The notes beneath the pieces were generated by a model. It was not told the origin of the DNA. It searched no databases and was given only the letters and a program-made list of their open reading frames with translations. Positions 51,723 to 61,676 of a stretch of 64,000 nt of DNA are shown here, one piece after another. The DNA comes from Candidatus Saccharimonadales bacterium (GTDB lineage Bacteria; Patescibacteriota; Saccharimonadia; Saccharimonadales; SZUA-47). The stretch's first letter is position 1; each line of letters begins with the position of its first letter. Both the position numbers and the translations under genes were made by a program. The DNA lies in NCBI GenBank assembly GCA_041737385.1, contig JBGSRU010000001.1:3539-67538 (forward strand), in the 5' to 3' direction.

Positions 51723-53291
51723 TTACGAGTTTGGGTTCAAGAATGGATTGTTGTTGCTGCCGTCAGCGTCAAAAAATTGTGGTTGCGTGGGCGCTTGTGG
51801 CATAAGTGGGGGCGGCACACTTGGAGGTGATGACGGATTGACTACTTGCGGGGTTGGCTCAGGTACCTGAACAACGTCTTCGACTGGCGGCGTAGGCGTC
51901 TCAGGTTTTACTTCTTCGACAGGTGCTGCTGGCGCAGGAATTTCTGAGACGACAGGTTCAATCACAGGAGCTGCCCGCGATGAGCCGAGGAAATCATCGA
52001 CATTAGCGGTTGCATCTGGACTAACGTGGGGACTATCAACAGATTTTTCTATATCGGTAAGTGTTTGTTGCGAATCGTCTCGTGTAGGAGGCTCGACAGT
52101 TTCTTCGGGAGATAATGGCTCAATAACTCTTTGCTTGTGAGCCGCTACTTCCGGAACTGGAGGCTCTGGAGCTACTTCTGGCTCATTATCATTAGATTTA
52201 TTATCTTCAAAAAGTGGCTGAGCAGTTTCTTTGCCACTGTCATCTTGACCGTATAACTGTGCAGGCTCTTCAGACTGCATGTAGAGATGTCCCTTATCTG
52301 CAGCACTTGACTGTGAATCGCCTTCTTCGATTGGCTGTAGCGTGTCTTGTTCTTCCTTAACAGGTTGTTCAATTGGTATTGATGCTACTGGCTCATCTTG
52401 CTGAGCCGGAAGCTGTAACTCACCAGTATCGTCTATATGGATATTTTGGATTTCGTCGTCATGATTAATTTCTAATGCTCCGTCATCATTTGAGTTGTCT
52501 AGTGGAGATTCAACGAGCGGATGTCCAGTAGAGCTCATATCAGGAGCTTCCAGCTTTTCGACTATAAGCTGCTGATTCGCTCCAGCAGTCATCAGTTTTG
52601 AGCTGAGTGCGAGAACGTTAGGTGTCGTGTTCGCATTTTTGAATCGATCAGTCTCAGCAACAATACCCGTTAACAGCGCTGTTGCAATCTGACCATCAAG
52701 TACATCCGGACCAAGCTGGTCAACAATGCTTGCGATCATTTCAGATACACTACTCGCTTGTTGTTCCTGCCAGTTTATAGAGCCTATCTGGCTTACCGCA
52801 TCATGCTTAGTGACAGTTATAACCGCTGCGTCATGCAGAATTCTACCGTGCGCGGTAACTGCTTGGTCAAAATCTTCTTTCGTCACTACACCGAGTGCGA
52901 TAACCGCATCGACGTTGAAATCGCCTTGGCTAAAATCTAAATCATTCTGGGTAATTGATGACTTATAAGGAGTAATAAAAATTCGAACAACGTTGTCTTC
53001 TACTTTATAACGCAGTTTGTCGGCTTTAGACTTATCAAGAGCGATGATGAAGTCGCGTAAACTATCCGTCGTATTATCTATAGCCATGTCTGGCTGCAAG
53101 AATTCTAAAGTCGAGGGCACTCTACCGCTAAACACTGTTACCGCGTGCTTATCCATGCGGTTCAACAACAAAGTAAGCCCTATCGCGGCAGTAAGCTCAT
53201 CAACAGATGGGCTGTTCTTCACTGTGACAAGTACGTTATTAGCCTCTTTGAGGGTTTTTACAATTTGTTCTGCTACTGCTTGATTTTGCAT
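51723..53291 (-). CDS. DHH/NrnA-like protein with degenerate catalytic motifs and a ~230-aa Pro/Glu-rich tail
   Basis: Position upstream of truB and overall N-terminal pattern fit NrnA-type DHH-DHHA1. The expected DHH/GGGH boxes are not evident. Confidence 0.4.
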   Translation of the reverse strand: MQNQAVAEQIVKTLKEANNVLVTVKNSPSVDELTAAIGLTLLLNRMDKHAVTVFSGRVPSTLEFLQPDMAIDNTTDSLRDFIIALDKSKADKLRYKVEDNVVRIFITPYKSSITQNDLDFSQGDFNVDAVIALGVVTKEDFDQAVTAHGRILHDAAVITVTKHDAVSQIGSINWQEQQASSVSEMIASIVDQLGPDVLDGQIATALLTGIVAETDRFKNANTTPNVLALSSKLMTAGANQQLIVEKLEAPDMSSTGHPLVESPLDNSNDDGALEINHDDEIQNIHIDDTGELQLPAQQDEPVASIPIEQPVKEEQDTLQPIEEGDSQSSAADKGHLYMQSEEPAQLYGQDDSGKETAQPLFEDNKSNDNEPEVAPEPPVPEVAAHKQRVIEPLSPEETVEPPTRDDSQQTLTDIEKSVDSPHVSPDATANVDDFLGSSRAAPVIEPVVSEIPAPAAPVEEVKPETPTPPVEDVVQVPEPTPQVVNPSSPPSVPPPLMPQAPTQPQFFDADGSNNNPFLNPNS

Positions 53292-53464
53292 ATTTTTATA
53301 ACTGTTTTTTGATTTTTATTGCTTACGGTAATAATATACCATGTTTTATATTATGCTGTCTAGTGTATTTACTTCTTTAGGATATTCCGGTATAATTAGC
53401 CGAAATTGCAACAATAATAAGCTCTGTTTTACACAAAACGGACATCAAGGAGAAAGTTCACACA

Positions 53465-53866
53465 ATGCCAATTATTAAATCAGCTAAAAAGCGTGTCAAT
53501 GTAACCCGCGTTAAGAGTATCGCTAACGCAAAAACAAAACGAACGCTTCGTGAGTCACTTAAAGCTTTCCAAACAGCTATTTCTGGTGGTAAAAAAGTTG
53601 AAGAAGCTCAGAATCAAGCACAAAGTGCTTTAGACACAGCTGTTAAAAAAGGCATCATCAGTAAAAATAAAGCTGCTCGTAAGAAATCTCAGCTAAACGC
53701 TGCAGCAAAAGCAGCAAACGGCGGCAAACGAACTATCGTTAAAAAAGCTGCAAAACCAGCAGTCAAAAAAGCAGCAACAAAGCCTACTGCAGTTACAAAG
53801 AAAACATCTGCAGCAAAGAAACCAGCTGCTAAAAAAGCCCCAGCAAAAAAGCCCACTAAGAAATAA
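53465..53866 (+). CDS. rpsT: 30S ribosomal protein S20 with Lys/Ala-rich C-terminal extension
   Basis: MPIIKSAKKRVNVTRVKSIANAKTKR...; tail AAKKPAAKKAPAKKPTKK; canonical SD AAGGAG upstream. Confidence 0.9.
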   Translation: MPIIKSAKKRVNVTRVKSIANAKTKRTLRESLKAFQTAISGGKKVEEAQNQAQSALDTAVKKGIISKNKAARKKSQLNAAAKAANGGKRTIVKKAAKPAVKKAATKPTAVTKKTSAAKKPAAKKAPAKKPTKK

Positions 53867-53898
53867 CTACCAACCAAGCTGTAGTTGTCTTTTATTAT

Positions 53899-55308
53899 CT
53901 AAGCAGCAACTTTAGCTGTATATTCTTGTCCTAGAACTTCCTGAGGGGTGCTTCTGAGAAGAGCGCCTACTGTTCCACAGGCATAGGTTAGAGCCAGTCG
54001 CCATGGTTTTCCTAATGCCATATGCTCTGCAATTAATTCTGCAACTTTTGTACTCACCTTGTCTAGGGATCCTGTAACACCTAATTCTCGGTCAATCTTG
54101 CCCTTAAGCCATGCTTCGCCTTCACTGCTACTAGGACCATCCTTTGCATAAGCTAGCGCTACTTGTTTCATTGAAAACCCATTATCCGAAAGCTCAATGA
54201 GACTATCTAAGAGGTCTCTAGGGTGTCTGTACGCATGATCACTTCCTTCATTTTGGCCAGCACCAAATATTTCTTCTATGCCTCGATCTCCATTTATCAC
54301 TTGGGCTAGATGCTCTGTAACTGCCTCGTTCAGCCAAGTGTGTTCATTACTAAAAGATCCCAGTAATGCATGATTAAGTTCGTGCTTTGCCGCGTGCTCT
54401 ATGACTCCTTTGTTCTTACCGAATACTATGTATTTCTTATTCTTAATCGAGTAGCCTCCCCTGTCTTGATGTGACAAATCAAATGAATCAGCAAATCGTA
54501 CCGTAACATCATCGATTTTAGTTATGGTCTCCAAATGGCTGCTTTGTATCCAACCTTCTTCGATACCTTTTCTTACTCCTTCTCCCCACTCTTCTTTTTC
54601 TTGCTGATATGTTTCGACTAGCTCTGGATCGTCTTGTGCCTTTTCGGAACGATCAACATTAAACTTCACAAAGTTAATCAGCCGTTCTCTTCCTTCAGAT
54701 GTGTTCTCTGTTAGCCACTCTACAGGATCCTGAATAGGACGACCAAGCTCTAGTGCTTCATTATTACTTCGAGAATATAATGCTTGTATATAGGGAGGAA
54801 AAGTTTTTCCTATAAAATGTCTATTCTCTTCATTCTTAAATTCTGGCGCTTCTTTTATTTTCTCACGAACTTCGTCTAGCAGTTCTGCAACTCTTGCTTC
54901 ACTAGCAGCTAACGTAGTGCTTAGACTATTTTGGTCAGAGTCCAACCTATCGATTTTACGCCTTAGACCTGGTAGAGGCCTAGCCTGCCACTTAGCCAAG
55001 TATCTAATTTTTTGAGCTGTAGTCATTGAGCTCATTCGTCGTTCATACGCTTCTGCTGCTTGACCTTTCAATTGTGCTGTATTAAAAATCGTTTCTTCAA
55101 GTGGCAATATAGCTTCCATGGTCGCTACAGCAGTTGCACCTAGTGCATGCTCCAAGCGAAGTTCATGATTGTGAACTCTTCTAACTTCAGGCTTGAGTTT
55201 TGGTTCAGGAACATCTGGATATGCTTGAAAATGATCTTGGAAAGATTCGAGTGGTCTTTTTTGCACATCGACAACTTGTTGTGGTGCGGGCTGTGGAGCT
55301 ATTTCCAT
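53899..55308 (-). CDS. hypothetical protein with HExxH zinc-metalloprotease-like motif
   Basis: 469 aa; AAKHELNHALLG ... WLNEAVTEHLAQ. Confidence 0.35.
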   Translation of the reverse strand: MEIAPQPAPQQVVDVQKRPLESFQDHFQAYPDVPEPKLKPEVRRVHNHELRLEHALGATAVATMEAILPLEETIFNTAQLKGQAAEAYERRMSSMTTAQKIRYLAKWQARPLPGLRRKIDRLDSDQNSLSTTLAASEARVAELLDEVREKIKEAPEFKNEENRHFIGKTFPPYIQALYSRSNNEALELGRPIQDPVEWLTENTSEGRERLINFVKFNVDRSEKAQDDPELVETYQQEKEEWGEGVRKGIEEGWIQSSHLETITKIDDVTVRFADSFDLSHQDRGGYSIKNKKYIVFGKNKGVIEHAAKHELNHALLGSFSNEHTWLNEAVTEHLAQVINGDRGIEEIFGAGQNEGSDHAYRHPRDLLDSLIELSDNGFSMKQVALAYAKDGPSSSEGEAWLKGKIDRELGVTGSLDKVSTKVAELIAEHMALGKPWRLALTYACGTVGALLRSTPQEVLGQEYTAKVAA

Positions 55309-55380
55309 TTTTTGTTTTATTAAACAGTGATATTTTACTATAATAAAGTATCATAGTTATGCTTAAAAGTCAAGGATAGT

Positions 55381-56289
55381 TTATAAGTTTAACAGATAAA
55401 GCTCTAAACCTGCATCAGCATCAGTGTCGGTTTTTATTTGTCCATCTAGTTCGCTGAGATCAATAATCATTTTTTTAACGTCTGCTTTGTTGAGTCGCTT
55501 AGCCAGCGACAGGGATTTTCGCGCTGAAAAAGGTGATTGCCGTGCTTCGATTAGAGCTGATTCTGTTTTATCTTCAGCATACACAGCCTGCGCTACTGAC
55601 ATGAGTTGCCAGACCAACATTGCGAGGATGTAGTGTGGCTCGATACGTGCACGGCGCTGTTCTCTGTACAACTCGACTGCTCGCTTATTATCTCCACTAA
55701 ATGCCGCGTCGAGCAGCGTAAAGACGCCGTGCTGCAATGATTCTTCTGTAAGCGCAGTGATACTTTCTTTATCAATTTTATTGTTATACAAAGATAACTT
55801 CTCTACTTCATTTGAGAGAAGCTGCTGGTTAGCTCCAACTCGCTCGACGAGATAGTCGGCGTCTGTTTTTGAGATTGTAGCCCCATGAGTTTTGGCTTGC
55901 TCTACAATCCAACGAGGCAGCTCAAAAGATTTAGGTTCTGCAAACTCTCGCATCGACGTCAGTTTTTGTAATAATTTATATGAGCTTTTACGTTTATCTA
56001 ATGCTGGTTCGACAAGTATCACATCGACGTTTTCTGCTGTTCTGTTAACGACGTCTTCGAGTTTTTCTATAAGCACTGTGTTGCTTTGAATGTTACGTAT
56101 AATCACCGTTTTTTTGGGCACGAGAAATGGTACACTTTGTACTGCTTGAAGCAGTATGTCGGCTTCAGAATCGCTCGCATCAAATCTCTCGACAGCAAAC
56201 TCCCCAGATTCTTCTATAGCAGTAGCTACTAGCTTATTGAGCTCCGTTTGCAGCGTAAAGCTATTTTTACCGGTGAAAGTGTATATCAT
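55381..56289 (-). CDS. holA: DNA polymerase III delta subunit
   Basis: 302 aa; typical MIYTFTGKNSFTLQTELNKL start and helical C-terminal domains. Confidence 0.7.
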   Translation of the reverse strand: MIYTFTGKNSFTLQTELNKLVATAIEESGEFAVERFDASDSEADILLQAVQSVPFLVPKKTVIIRNIQSNTVLIEKLEDVVNRTAENVDVILVEPALDKRKSSYKLLQKLTSMREFAEPKSFELPRWIVEQAKTHGATISKTDADYLVERVGANQQLLSNEVEKLSLYNNKIDKESITALTEESLQHGVFTLLDAAFSGDNKRAVELYREQRRARIEPHYILAMLVWQLMSVAQAVYAEDKTESALIEARQSPFSARKSLSLAKRLNKADVKKMIIDLSELDGQIKTDTDADAGLELYLLNL

Positions 56290-56322
56290 CGATTACTAGT
56301 ATCAAGCATCAAGTATCATCTA

Positions 56323-57234
56323 TCAAGTATCAGTTCTCTGACATAGTGGACAAGTGTGCGTTCCTCGCCCGGCAACACGCGACTTTTCAATAATTGTATT
56401 GCAGCGAGGACACGCTAGTCCCTCGCGTCGAAACACTCGTGCAAAATCGATATAGCTGCCTTTTTTGCCTTCTGCATTCACATAGTTTTTATCTGTGCTA
56501 CCACCCTTTTCTATTGCAAGTCGCAACACAAAAATAAGCTCTTTGTGTAGTAGCTCTAGTTTTTTAGAACTAATATCTTTCACACGCTCAGCAGGGTGTA
56601 TCATTGCGCCCCACAAACTCTCATCTGCATAGATGTTCCCCACTCCGGCTAGCACCGACTGATCAAGCAAAGCAGCTTTAACAGTAGTGTTAGCTCTCTT
56701 GTTGATTCGCTCTATGAACACATCTGCAGTGAAGCTATCCTCTAGGGGTTCAGGCCCGACTTTCTGGAAAAACGGCAACTCATTTATTTGAGATGTTGGC
56801 AGCATTCTAACCCAGCCAAACTTGCGTTGATCGTTAAAAAACAGATGAGAACCATCTTTGAACACAAAATGTACTCTGGTTGATTTATCAGGTAACGATC
56901 CAACCAAACTTTCGTTTGGATGCCCTGCCCCGAAGCGGACTTCGTCCTTTGATGTTTGAGATTTGATAGTTGATATTTGAGTAGCAACAAATACCATTTG
57001 TCCTGTCATTTTGAGGTGAGTGACGAGAGTATAGTCAGAGCTAAGGTCAATGAGCAACACTTTTGCTCGTCGCCTGACGGCAACAACCTTAGAATTTATC
57101 AGGAAAGCTTCGACGTCATTCTCTGAATTCGGAAAGCTTTTCGGCCAATCATGCGTTACAGACGTAACCTCGCGGCCAATTATTAAATCACTCAATCCGC
57201 GTTTAACTGTCTCAACTTCTGGTAACTCCGGCAT
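56323..57234 (-). CDS. mutM: formamidopyrimidine-DNA glycosylase
   Basis: MPELPEVETVKRGL N-terminus (catalytic Pro2), H2TH, zinc finger CPRCNT...CPLCQ; the ORF-track start at 57285 is an extension. Confidence 0.9.
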   Translation of the reverse strand: MPELPEVETVKRGLSDLIIGREVTSVTHDWPKSFPNSENDVEAFLINSKVVAVRRRAKVLLIDLSSDYTLVTHLKMTGQMVFVATQISTIKSQTSKDEVRFGAGHPNESLVGSLPDKSTRVHFVFKDGSHLFFNDQRKFGWVRMLPTSQINELPFFQKVGPEPLEDSFTADVFIERINKRANTTVKAALLDQSVLAGVGNIYADESLWGAMIHPAERVKDISSKKLELLHKELIFVLRLAIEKGGSTDKNYVNAEGKKGSYIDFARVFRREGLACPRCNTIIEKSRVAGRGTHTCPLCQRTDT

Positions 57235-57238
57235 AGAA

Positions 57239-58162
57239 CTATTGTATGCTACGCAGTCTATCTTCTTCGCTAACAAGTTGTGCAAACTCTACTATTCTAC
57301 CTGCTACCGACAAGGAACCTTCACCATGCAAAGAAGTAAGATGTCTGCCCTCTTCGACGAAATTATATTCTGACAGGAACTCAGCACCTGGAACAAAATC
57401 TTGGGTTCTAGATGTATGAATAACTGGTACTCCCTTATCTCTTAGCTTATTAACGACAGGACGTTCATCCAAAGTCGATAAGTATTCTACTTCACCGAGA
57501 AGAAACAAGCCTTCAAACGGGGAAAGACCATGCTTCAAAAAGTCCACACCCATACGAAAACGCTCTTTAAACCCCATCTTTATTAAATCTGGCACACAGT
57601 TAGCAGCGAGTCCTCCTAGTTCAAAAAGCAACTGGCCTTTAGACTCAATCTGATCGTGCACCGGGGAGTCAATAGTTACAACGCCTTTCCTTAAATCCAT
57701 GAAGTCAGCCAGTAGTGCATCTCCAATATCAATATCTGCCGTAGTTGCATAGTCAACTGCTGCACTCATGCCGTCGGCTGCAGTTATGCCCCCCTCTGAC
57801 TGACCAAACGCAATCAATGTAGAAAGACTTCTGTATTTGCGAACGCCCCCAAATATTGCTCCAGTCATGCTACGCTCTCTTTCTGATCGAGCTTGCTGGC
57901 TGGCTGGCAAAGCCTGATGTGGTAACCACGGACGTTTGGTTCGGACTAAGCCGACGGCCATATCACCGTCACTAATTTTGACTACATTGTGTGCGATATC
58001 CCCAACAGAAGAGCTACCAATATCCCCCAAACCACCCTTTCCTAAAGCTAATAATTCTGGGCTTTTATTTCCCGGATGCCTGAACACAACAACCTCAAAG
58101 CCTGTGCCCTCAAACACGCCATCGTATTGATCAGAGACAAAGCTTTGTTTTTTTTGCGCCAT
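57239..58162 (-). CDS. putative alpha/beta hydrolase
   Basis: G-x-S-x-G elbow AFGQSEGG. Start chosen at MAQKKQ, which avoids overlap with the divergent gene at 58216. Confidence 0.4.
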   Translation of the reverse strand: MAQKKQSFVSDQYDGVFEGTGFEVVVFRHPGNKSPELLALGKGGLGDIGSSSVGDIAHNVVKISDGDMAVGLVRTKRPWLPHQALPASQQARSERERSMTGAIFGGVRKYRSLSTLIAFGQSEGGITAADGMSAAVDYATTADIDIGDALLADFMDLRKGVVTIDSPVHDQIESKGQLLFELGGLAANCVPDLIKMGFKERFRMGVDFLKHGLSPFEGLFLLGEVEYLSTLDERPVVNKLRDKGVPVIHTSRTQDFVPGAEFLSEYNFVEEGRHLTSLHGEGSLSVAGRIVEFAQLVSEEDRLRSIQ

Positions 58163-58215
58163 GCTTAAGCATGATGATACAACTTCACATTCAATAAAAA
58201 TGTATAATATATCAC

Positions 58216-58455
58216 ATGAACTCAATAGAAGATTTACTGAAAAACAAAAAACCACATGAGCCAGCACAAGTTGCAGCCCTCAAAAAATACGTCTATGACA
58301 ACTACAAGGAGACAATTGCTGTGAGAGTGGCATCTAAACACTATCTGATCACTGTTCCAGGAGCTGCACTCGCGCAACGGCTTCGTGTAGAGACAAAAGC
58401 AATCACCGAAGAGTGCAATCTCGACAAAAAACTAGTTATTCATATCGGGTATTAG
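58216..58455 (+). CDS. hypothetical small protein
   Basis: 79-aa ORF, convergent 24-nt overlap with the HAD gene. Confidence 0.4.
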   Translation: MNSIEDLLKNKKPHEPAQVAALKKYVYDNYKETIAVRVASKHYLITVPGAALAQRLRVETKAITEECNLDKKLVIHIGY

Positions 58456-59025
58456 AAGTAATCGTTCAATCTGCGATTTGAAGTCTGTAAAATGAGTATA
58501 ATGAATTGCTTGCATGCCGGCATTAATCGCACCATCAACATTTTTTGTCAGATCATCAATAAACACACACTCTTCCGGCAGTACGCCAAGATCTTCAGCA
58601 GCTAGTTCGTAGATACGTCTATCTGGTTTTACGAGTCCTACATCACTGCTTAGTATAAGTGCGTCAAAGTACTCAGTTGCTGGTTTATCAACAAACATTC
58701 GGTCGATAAATCCATGGCCAACGTTGGAGATCATACCTATTTTATATTTGTCTTGATGCCCATCGATGAATGATAGCAACCGCTTGTCTAGCCCGCCGAA
58801 CTCTTTCAAGCGCTCATAGACTTCTTCGGCCGTGGTACCGGTCATTGCAGCAAAATTACTCCACAATTCATCTCTCGTAATACGGCCGAGGTCTACTTCT
58901 TTTATGAGATCATGAAGTTGAGGTTTTTTGACATCAAAATTCTCTTCCAAGTATTCACGGGCCATTGTCCAGAATGTATCAGGGTACAAAACCCCATAAC
59001 AGTCGAATATTATCGCTTTAATCAT
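58432..59025 (-). CDS. HAD-superfamily hydrolase
   Basis: Motif I IIFDCYGVLY, motif III/IV ...CVFIDDLTKNVDGA. Confidence 0.8.
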   Translation of the reverse strand: MIKAIIFDCYGVLYPDTFWTMAREYLEENFDVKKPQLHDLIKEVDLGRITRDELWSNFAAMTGTTAEEVYERLKEFGGLDKRLLSFIDGHQDKYKIGMISNVGHGFIDRMFVDKPATEYFDALILSSDVGLVKPDRRIYELAAEDLGVLPEECVFIDDLTKNVDGAINAGMQAIHYTHFTDFKSQIERLLLIPDMNN

Positions 59026-59045
59026 TAGCTACAGTATAGCAACCA

Positions 59046-59651
59046 TTATCGTCTGTTAAGAACTGTATCCTTAACCATGTCTTCAAAATCTGGTATTTGC
59101 TTTGCAAATAGGCTACGCATTGTGGTCATTTTGCCTGCAGCAGTTCCCTGCAATCGATCACAAGATGTCGTCCAACGACGGATATCACTATCTAGTTCTA
59201 GTATGTAGCGTCGACCATCAGGGCAAACTCCTTGGTCTGCATAGTCATCCTCGTCGTTAGTCCCTTCGTAGCGGGCTGTTGCATTTGCCTCTTCGAGAGA
59301 TTTGATAAAAGTATCAAATGCTTCAGAATTATTGGTATAACTTTTCGTTCTAACGACGTTCTGACCGTAGTCAGAATACACGTTCATCATAACCACATTT
59401 CGTGATATTTCTATCTTATAGCTACGGTGTTCAGAACTTGCAACAACCGGACCATCAACGATGTATTTGGCTGAACTGGTTCCCTCTAAGCTATTGTCGG
59501 CGGTCTCTTCTGAGATACTAACAGCGTCTGGTCCACTCGAGCGGTTAAACACGTTTCGTGCAACTGCTGATAATCCCCACCCAACAAAGATGAGAACAAA
59601 CAGTAGTATAAAAACTACCAATATCCAGCGTAATTTTGACGCAAACTCCAT
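59046..59651 (-). CDS. membrane-anchored hypothetical protein
   Basis: 201 aa, N-terminal TM helix. Confidence 0.45.
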   Translation of the reverse strand: MEFASKLRWILVVFILLFVLIFVGWGLSAVARNVFNRSSGPDAVSISEETADNSLEGTSSAKYIVDGPVVASSEHRSYKIEISRNVVMMNVYSDYGQNVVRTKSYTNNSEAFDTFIKSLEEANATARYEGTNDEDDYADQGVCPDGRRYILELDSDIRRWTTSCDRLQGTAAGKMTTMRSLFAKQIPDFEDMVKDTVLNRR

Positions 59652-59713
59652 AATGCAAACATTATATCATAATGTAAGCATAAATGCAATACTATTTAAG
59701 AAGCTTTTTATAC

Positions 59714-60737
59714 TAAGCCCCAGTCTCCCCGACACTTTAGTTTTAGAATATGGGTATGTGTATGAAGAAGCATTTAAATAAAAGACAAGTAGTAGCATAT
59801 CGTAGAAGAGTATTGTTTGATGCAGATAAACTAGGTGTAGTTGCAGCTGCAAGAAGATACGGTATTCATAGAGACACTATCTATGACTGGAGAAAAGAGA
59901 TACTACCCCAAAAACCTGGCCCAAGAGGTAGAGTCTACTGGCAAACAGACACAGATGCTGAAGAACTAGTTATCCAGATAAGGTTAGCTACTAACTATGG
60001 TCCAAAGCGTATTAGGAGTGAGCTACTAGATGTTAATGTTGATGTCGGCGAGAAAGCTATTAGAAACATTATTGAAGCTGCTGGTTTAACTAAGAAACAA
60101 CGTAAACCTAAAAAGAAACTAAACAAACCGTTCTATGCACCATACCCTGGCTACAGACTACAAGTAGACACTAAAGCCGTTCCAAACGATGAAGATAAGC
60201 GCAGAAGCAGGAAACATCAGTTTACAGCAATAGACATTGTCTCTAAGGTGCGCTATTTACGAGTTCTGGATGGTCTGAGCAACGGCAACTCCGTTGCCTT
60301 CGTTCGAGAAGCCTTAAGCTTCTACGAAGAGATTGGGATTAATATTGAGTGTGTACAGACAGACAATCATGCTACTTTTACTAACCTATACCTAGGAGGT
60401 AACAAAAAAGCTGATCATGAACTAATGAAAGTACACCCGCTAACACTCTACTTAGTCAGTAGAGGCATAGAACATAAATTATCTAGACCCGGAACACCAC
60501 AACATAATGGCTTTGTTGAGCGTAGTCACAGAACAGATGAAGAAGAGTTTTACTCAGTAACAAAAACCGCCAGCCTAGACACAGAAACACTGAACTCAAA
60601 GATGCATACTTGGCAAGACGAATACAACATAACAAGGCGTCACTCTAGCTGCAAAAACCTACCACCAATTGAATACTTTAATGTTTACTGGAAGTCGAGG
60701 ATAGCTTATGTGTAGGTGTCGTGACAATTGGGGCTTA
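59714..60737 (+). mobile_element. IS481-like insertion sequence, apparently intact
   Basis: Imperfect 22-bp terminal inverted repeats (taagccccagtctccccgacac / gtgtcgtgacaattggggctta) and 4-bp direct duplication ATAC at 59710-59713 and 60738-60741. Confidence 0.75.
59750..60715 (+). CDS. DDE transposase (rve integrase-core, IS481-like)
   Basis: N-terminal HTH; D (LQVDTK), D (VQTDNHATF), E (FVERSHRTDEEEF). Confidence 0.85.
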   Translation: MGMCMKKHLNKRQVVAYRRRVLFDADKLGVVAAARRYGIHRDTIYDWRKEILPQKPGPRGRVYWQTDTDAEELVIQIRLATNYGPKRIRSELLDVNVDVGEKAIRNIIEAAGLTKKQRKPKKKLNKPFYAPYPGYRLQVDTKAVPNDEDKRRSRKHQFTAIDIVSKVRYLRVLDGLSNGNSVAFVREALSFYEEIGINIECVQTDNHATFTNLYLGGNKKADHELMKVHPLTLYLVSRGIEHKLSRPGTPQHNGFVERSHRTDEEEFYSVTKTASLDTETLNSKMHTWQDEYNITRRHSSCKNLPPIEYFNVYWKSRIAYV

Positions 60738-61024
60738 ATACAATTATGTTATAATATGTAGAAATATAAGACTATAGCCGACAATTTACGATGCATCAGG
60801 ATACTAGACCCAAGAAGGTAGTTTAGAGCTAACCTGTTTGTCAGAGGGCATGCAGAGCAACCTAATTACTGCTCTTTTAGCCTATAGAATAAACCATGAC
60901 GGCTTTAAGCCTATTCCTTTTTGAAATTTTGCACCACGAAGATGTCCACTGGAAAATTAATCTTGTCGACTATCTCTGTGCAGGTACAACTATCGTAACT
61001 AGACCATACCGAAACGATAGTTAG

Positions 61025-61188
61025 TTGATTGTAAGAGTTGGTATGTATATGTTAGCTACAAGCCAAATTACGGGAAGCTACTCTCAGGTGAAATATTCTA
61101 ATAGTATTTAGGAATTTTTTGTCAGCCGTAAAAACGGCTTCTCTTTGTTTATTTTTGTTTTATTTTTTGTTTGTATTTTTATAAATAC
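61025..61188. repeat. intergenic repeat R1 (paralog of 62875-63064)
   Basis: Shared blocks ttgattRtaagagtt, tttgtcagcc, ttatttttgt and the near-palindrome gtattt-ttat-aaatac. Confidence 0.6.
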
Positions 61189-61214
61189 AATTTCAATATA
61201 TCACGCATTTTGAT

Positions 61215-61676
61215 TTAATTACAGGTAGCTAAGTTTTGTGGATAATAGATACCATTACCAACTACAAGCCTGTTAGACGAGATGCTATCACTTGCAATGA
61301 ATTGAACTCTATCATTCAAATATCTTGAAACGTATATGTCCATCCCCGCCACAACACCGAACAACCATTGATTTTGTAGAGTAGGACTACTTAAAAAGTT
61401 TTGTCCTGGAGCTAAACGGTAATAAGACATACCGATGACATTGTTGTTATTATTATTCCTGTAAGCCTGAAATGTTACTTTCCATAAGGGACCATAAACA
61501 CTACTGTTAACAGCTACTTTACATGTTCTTGCCCATCTATACTCTTCTTGCAGAGTAGGTTGTAGGGGTAAGTATGTCCAGCTGGTTGACGCTTCTGTCT
61601 GTTGAGGGTTAACAACTACTAAACTAAAACTTAATGCTAGAACAAAAACTGCTATATAATTTGCTACTTTTTTCAT
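61215..61676 (-). CDS. small secreted protein
   Basis: 153 aa, signal peptide MKKVANYIAVFVLALSFSLVVVNPQQTEA. Confidence 0.5.
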   Translation of the reverse strand: MKKVANYIAVFVLALSFSLVVVNPQQTEASTSWTYLPLQPTLQEEYRWARTCKVAVNSSVYGPLWKVTFQAYRNNNNNNVIGMSYYRLAPGQNFLSSPTLQNQWLFGVVAGMDIYVSRYLNDRVQFIASDSISSNRLVVGNGIYYPQNLATCN

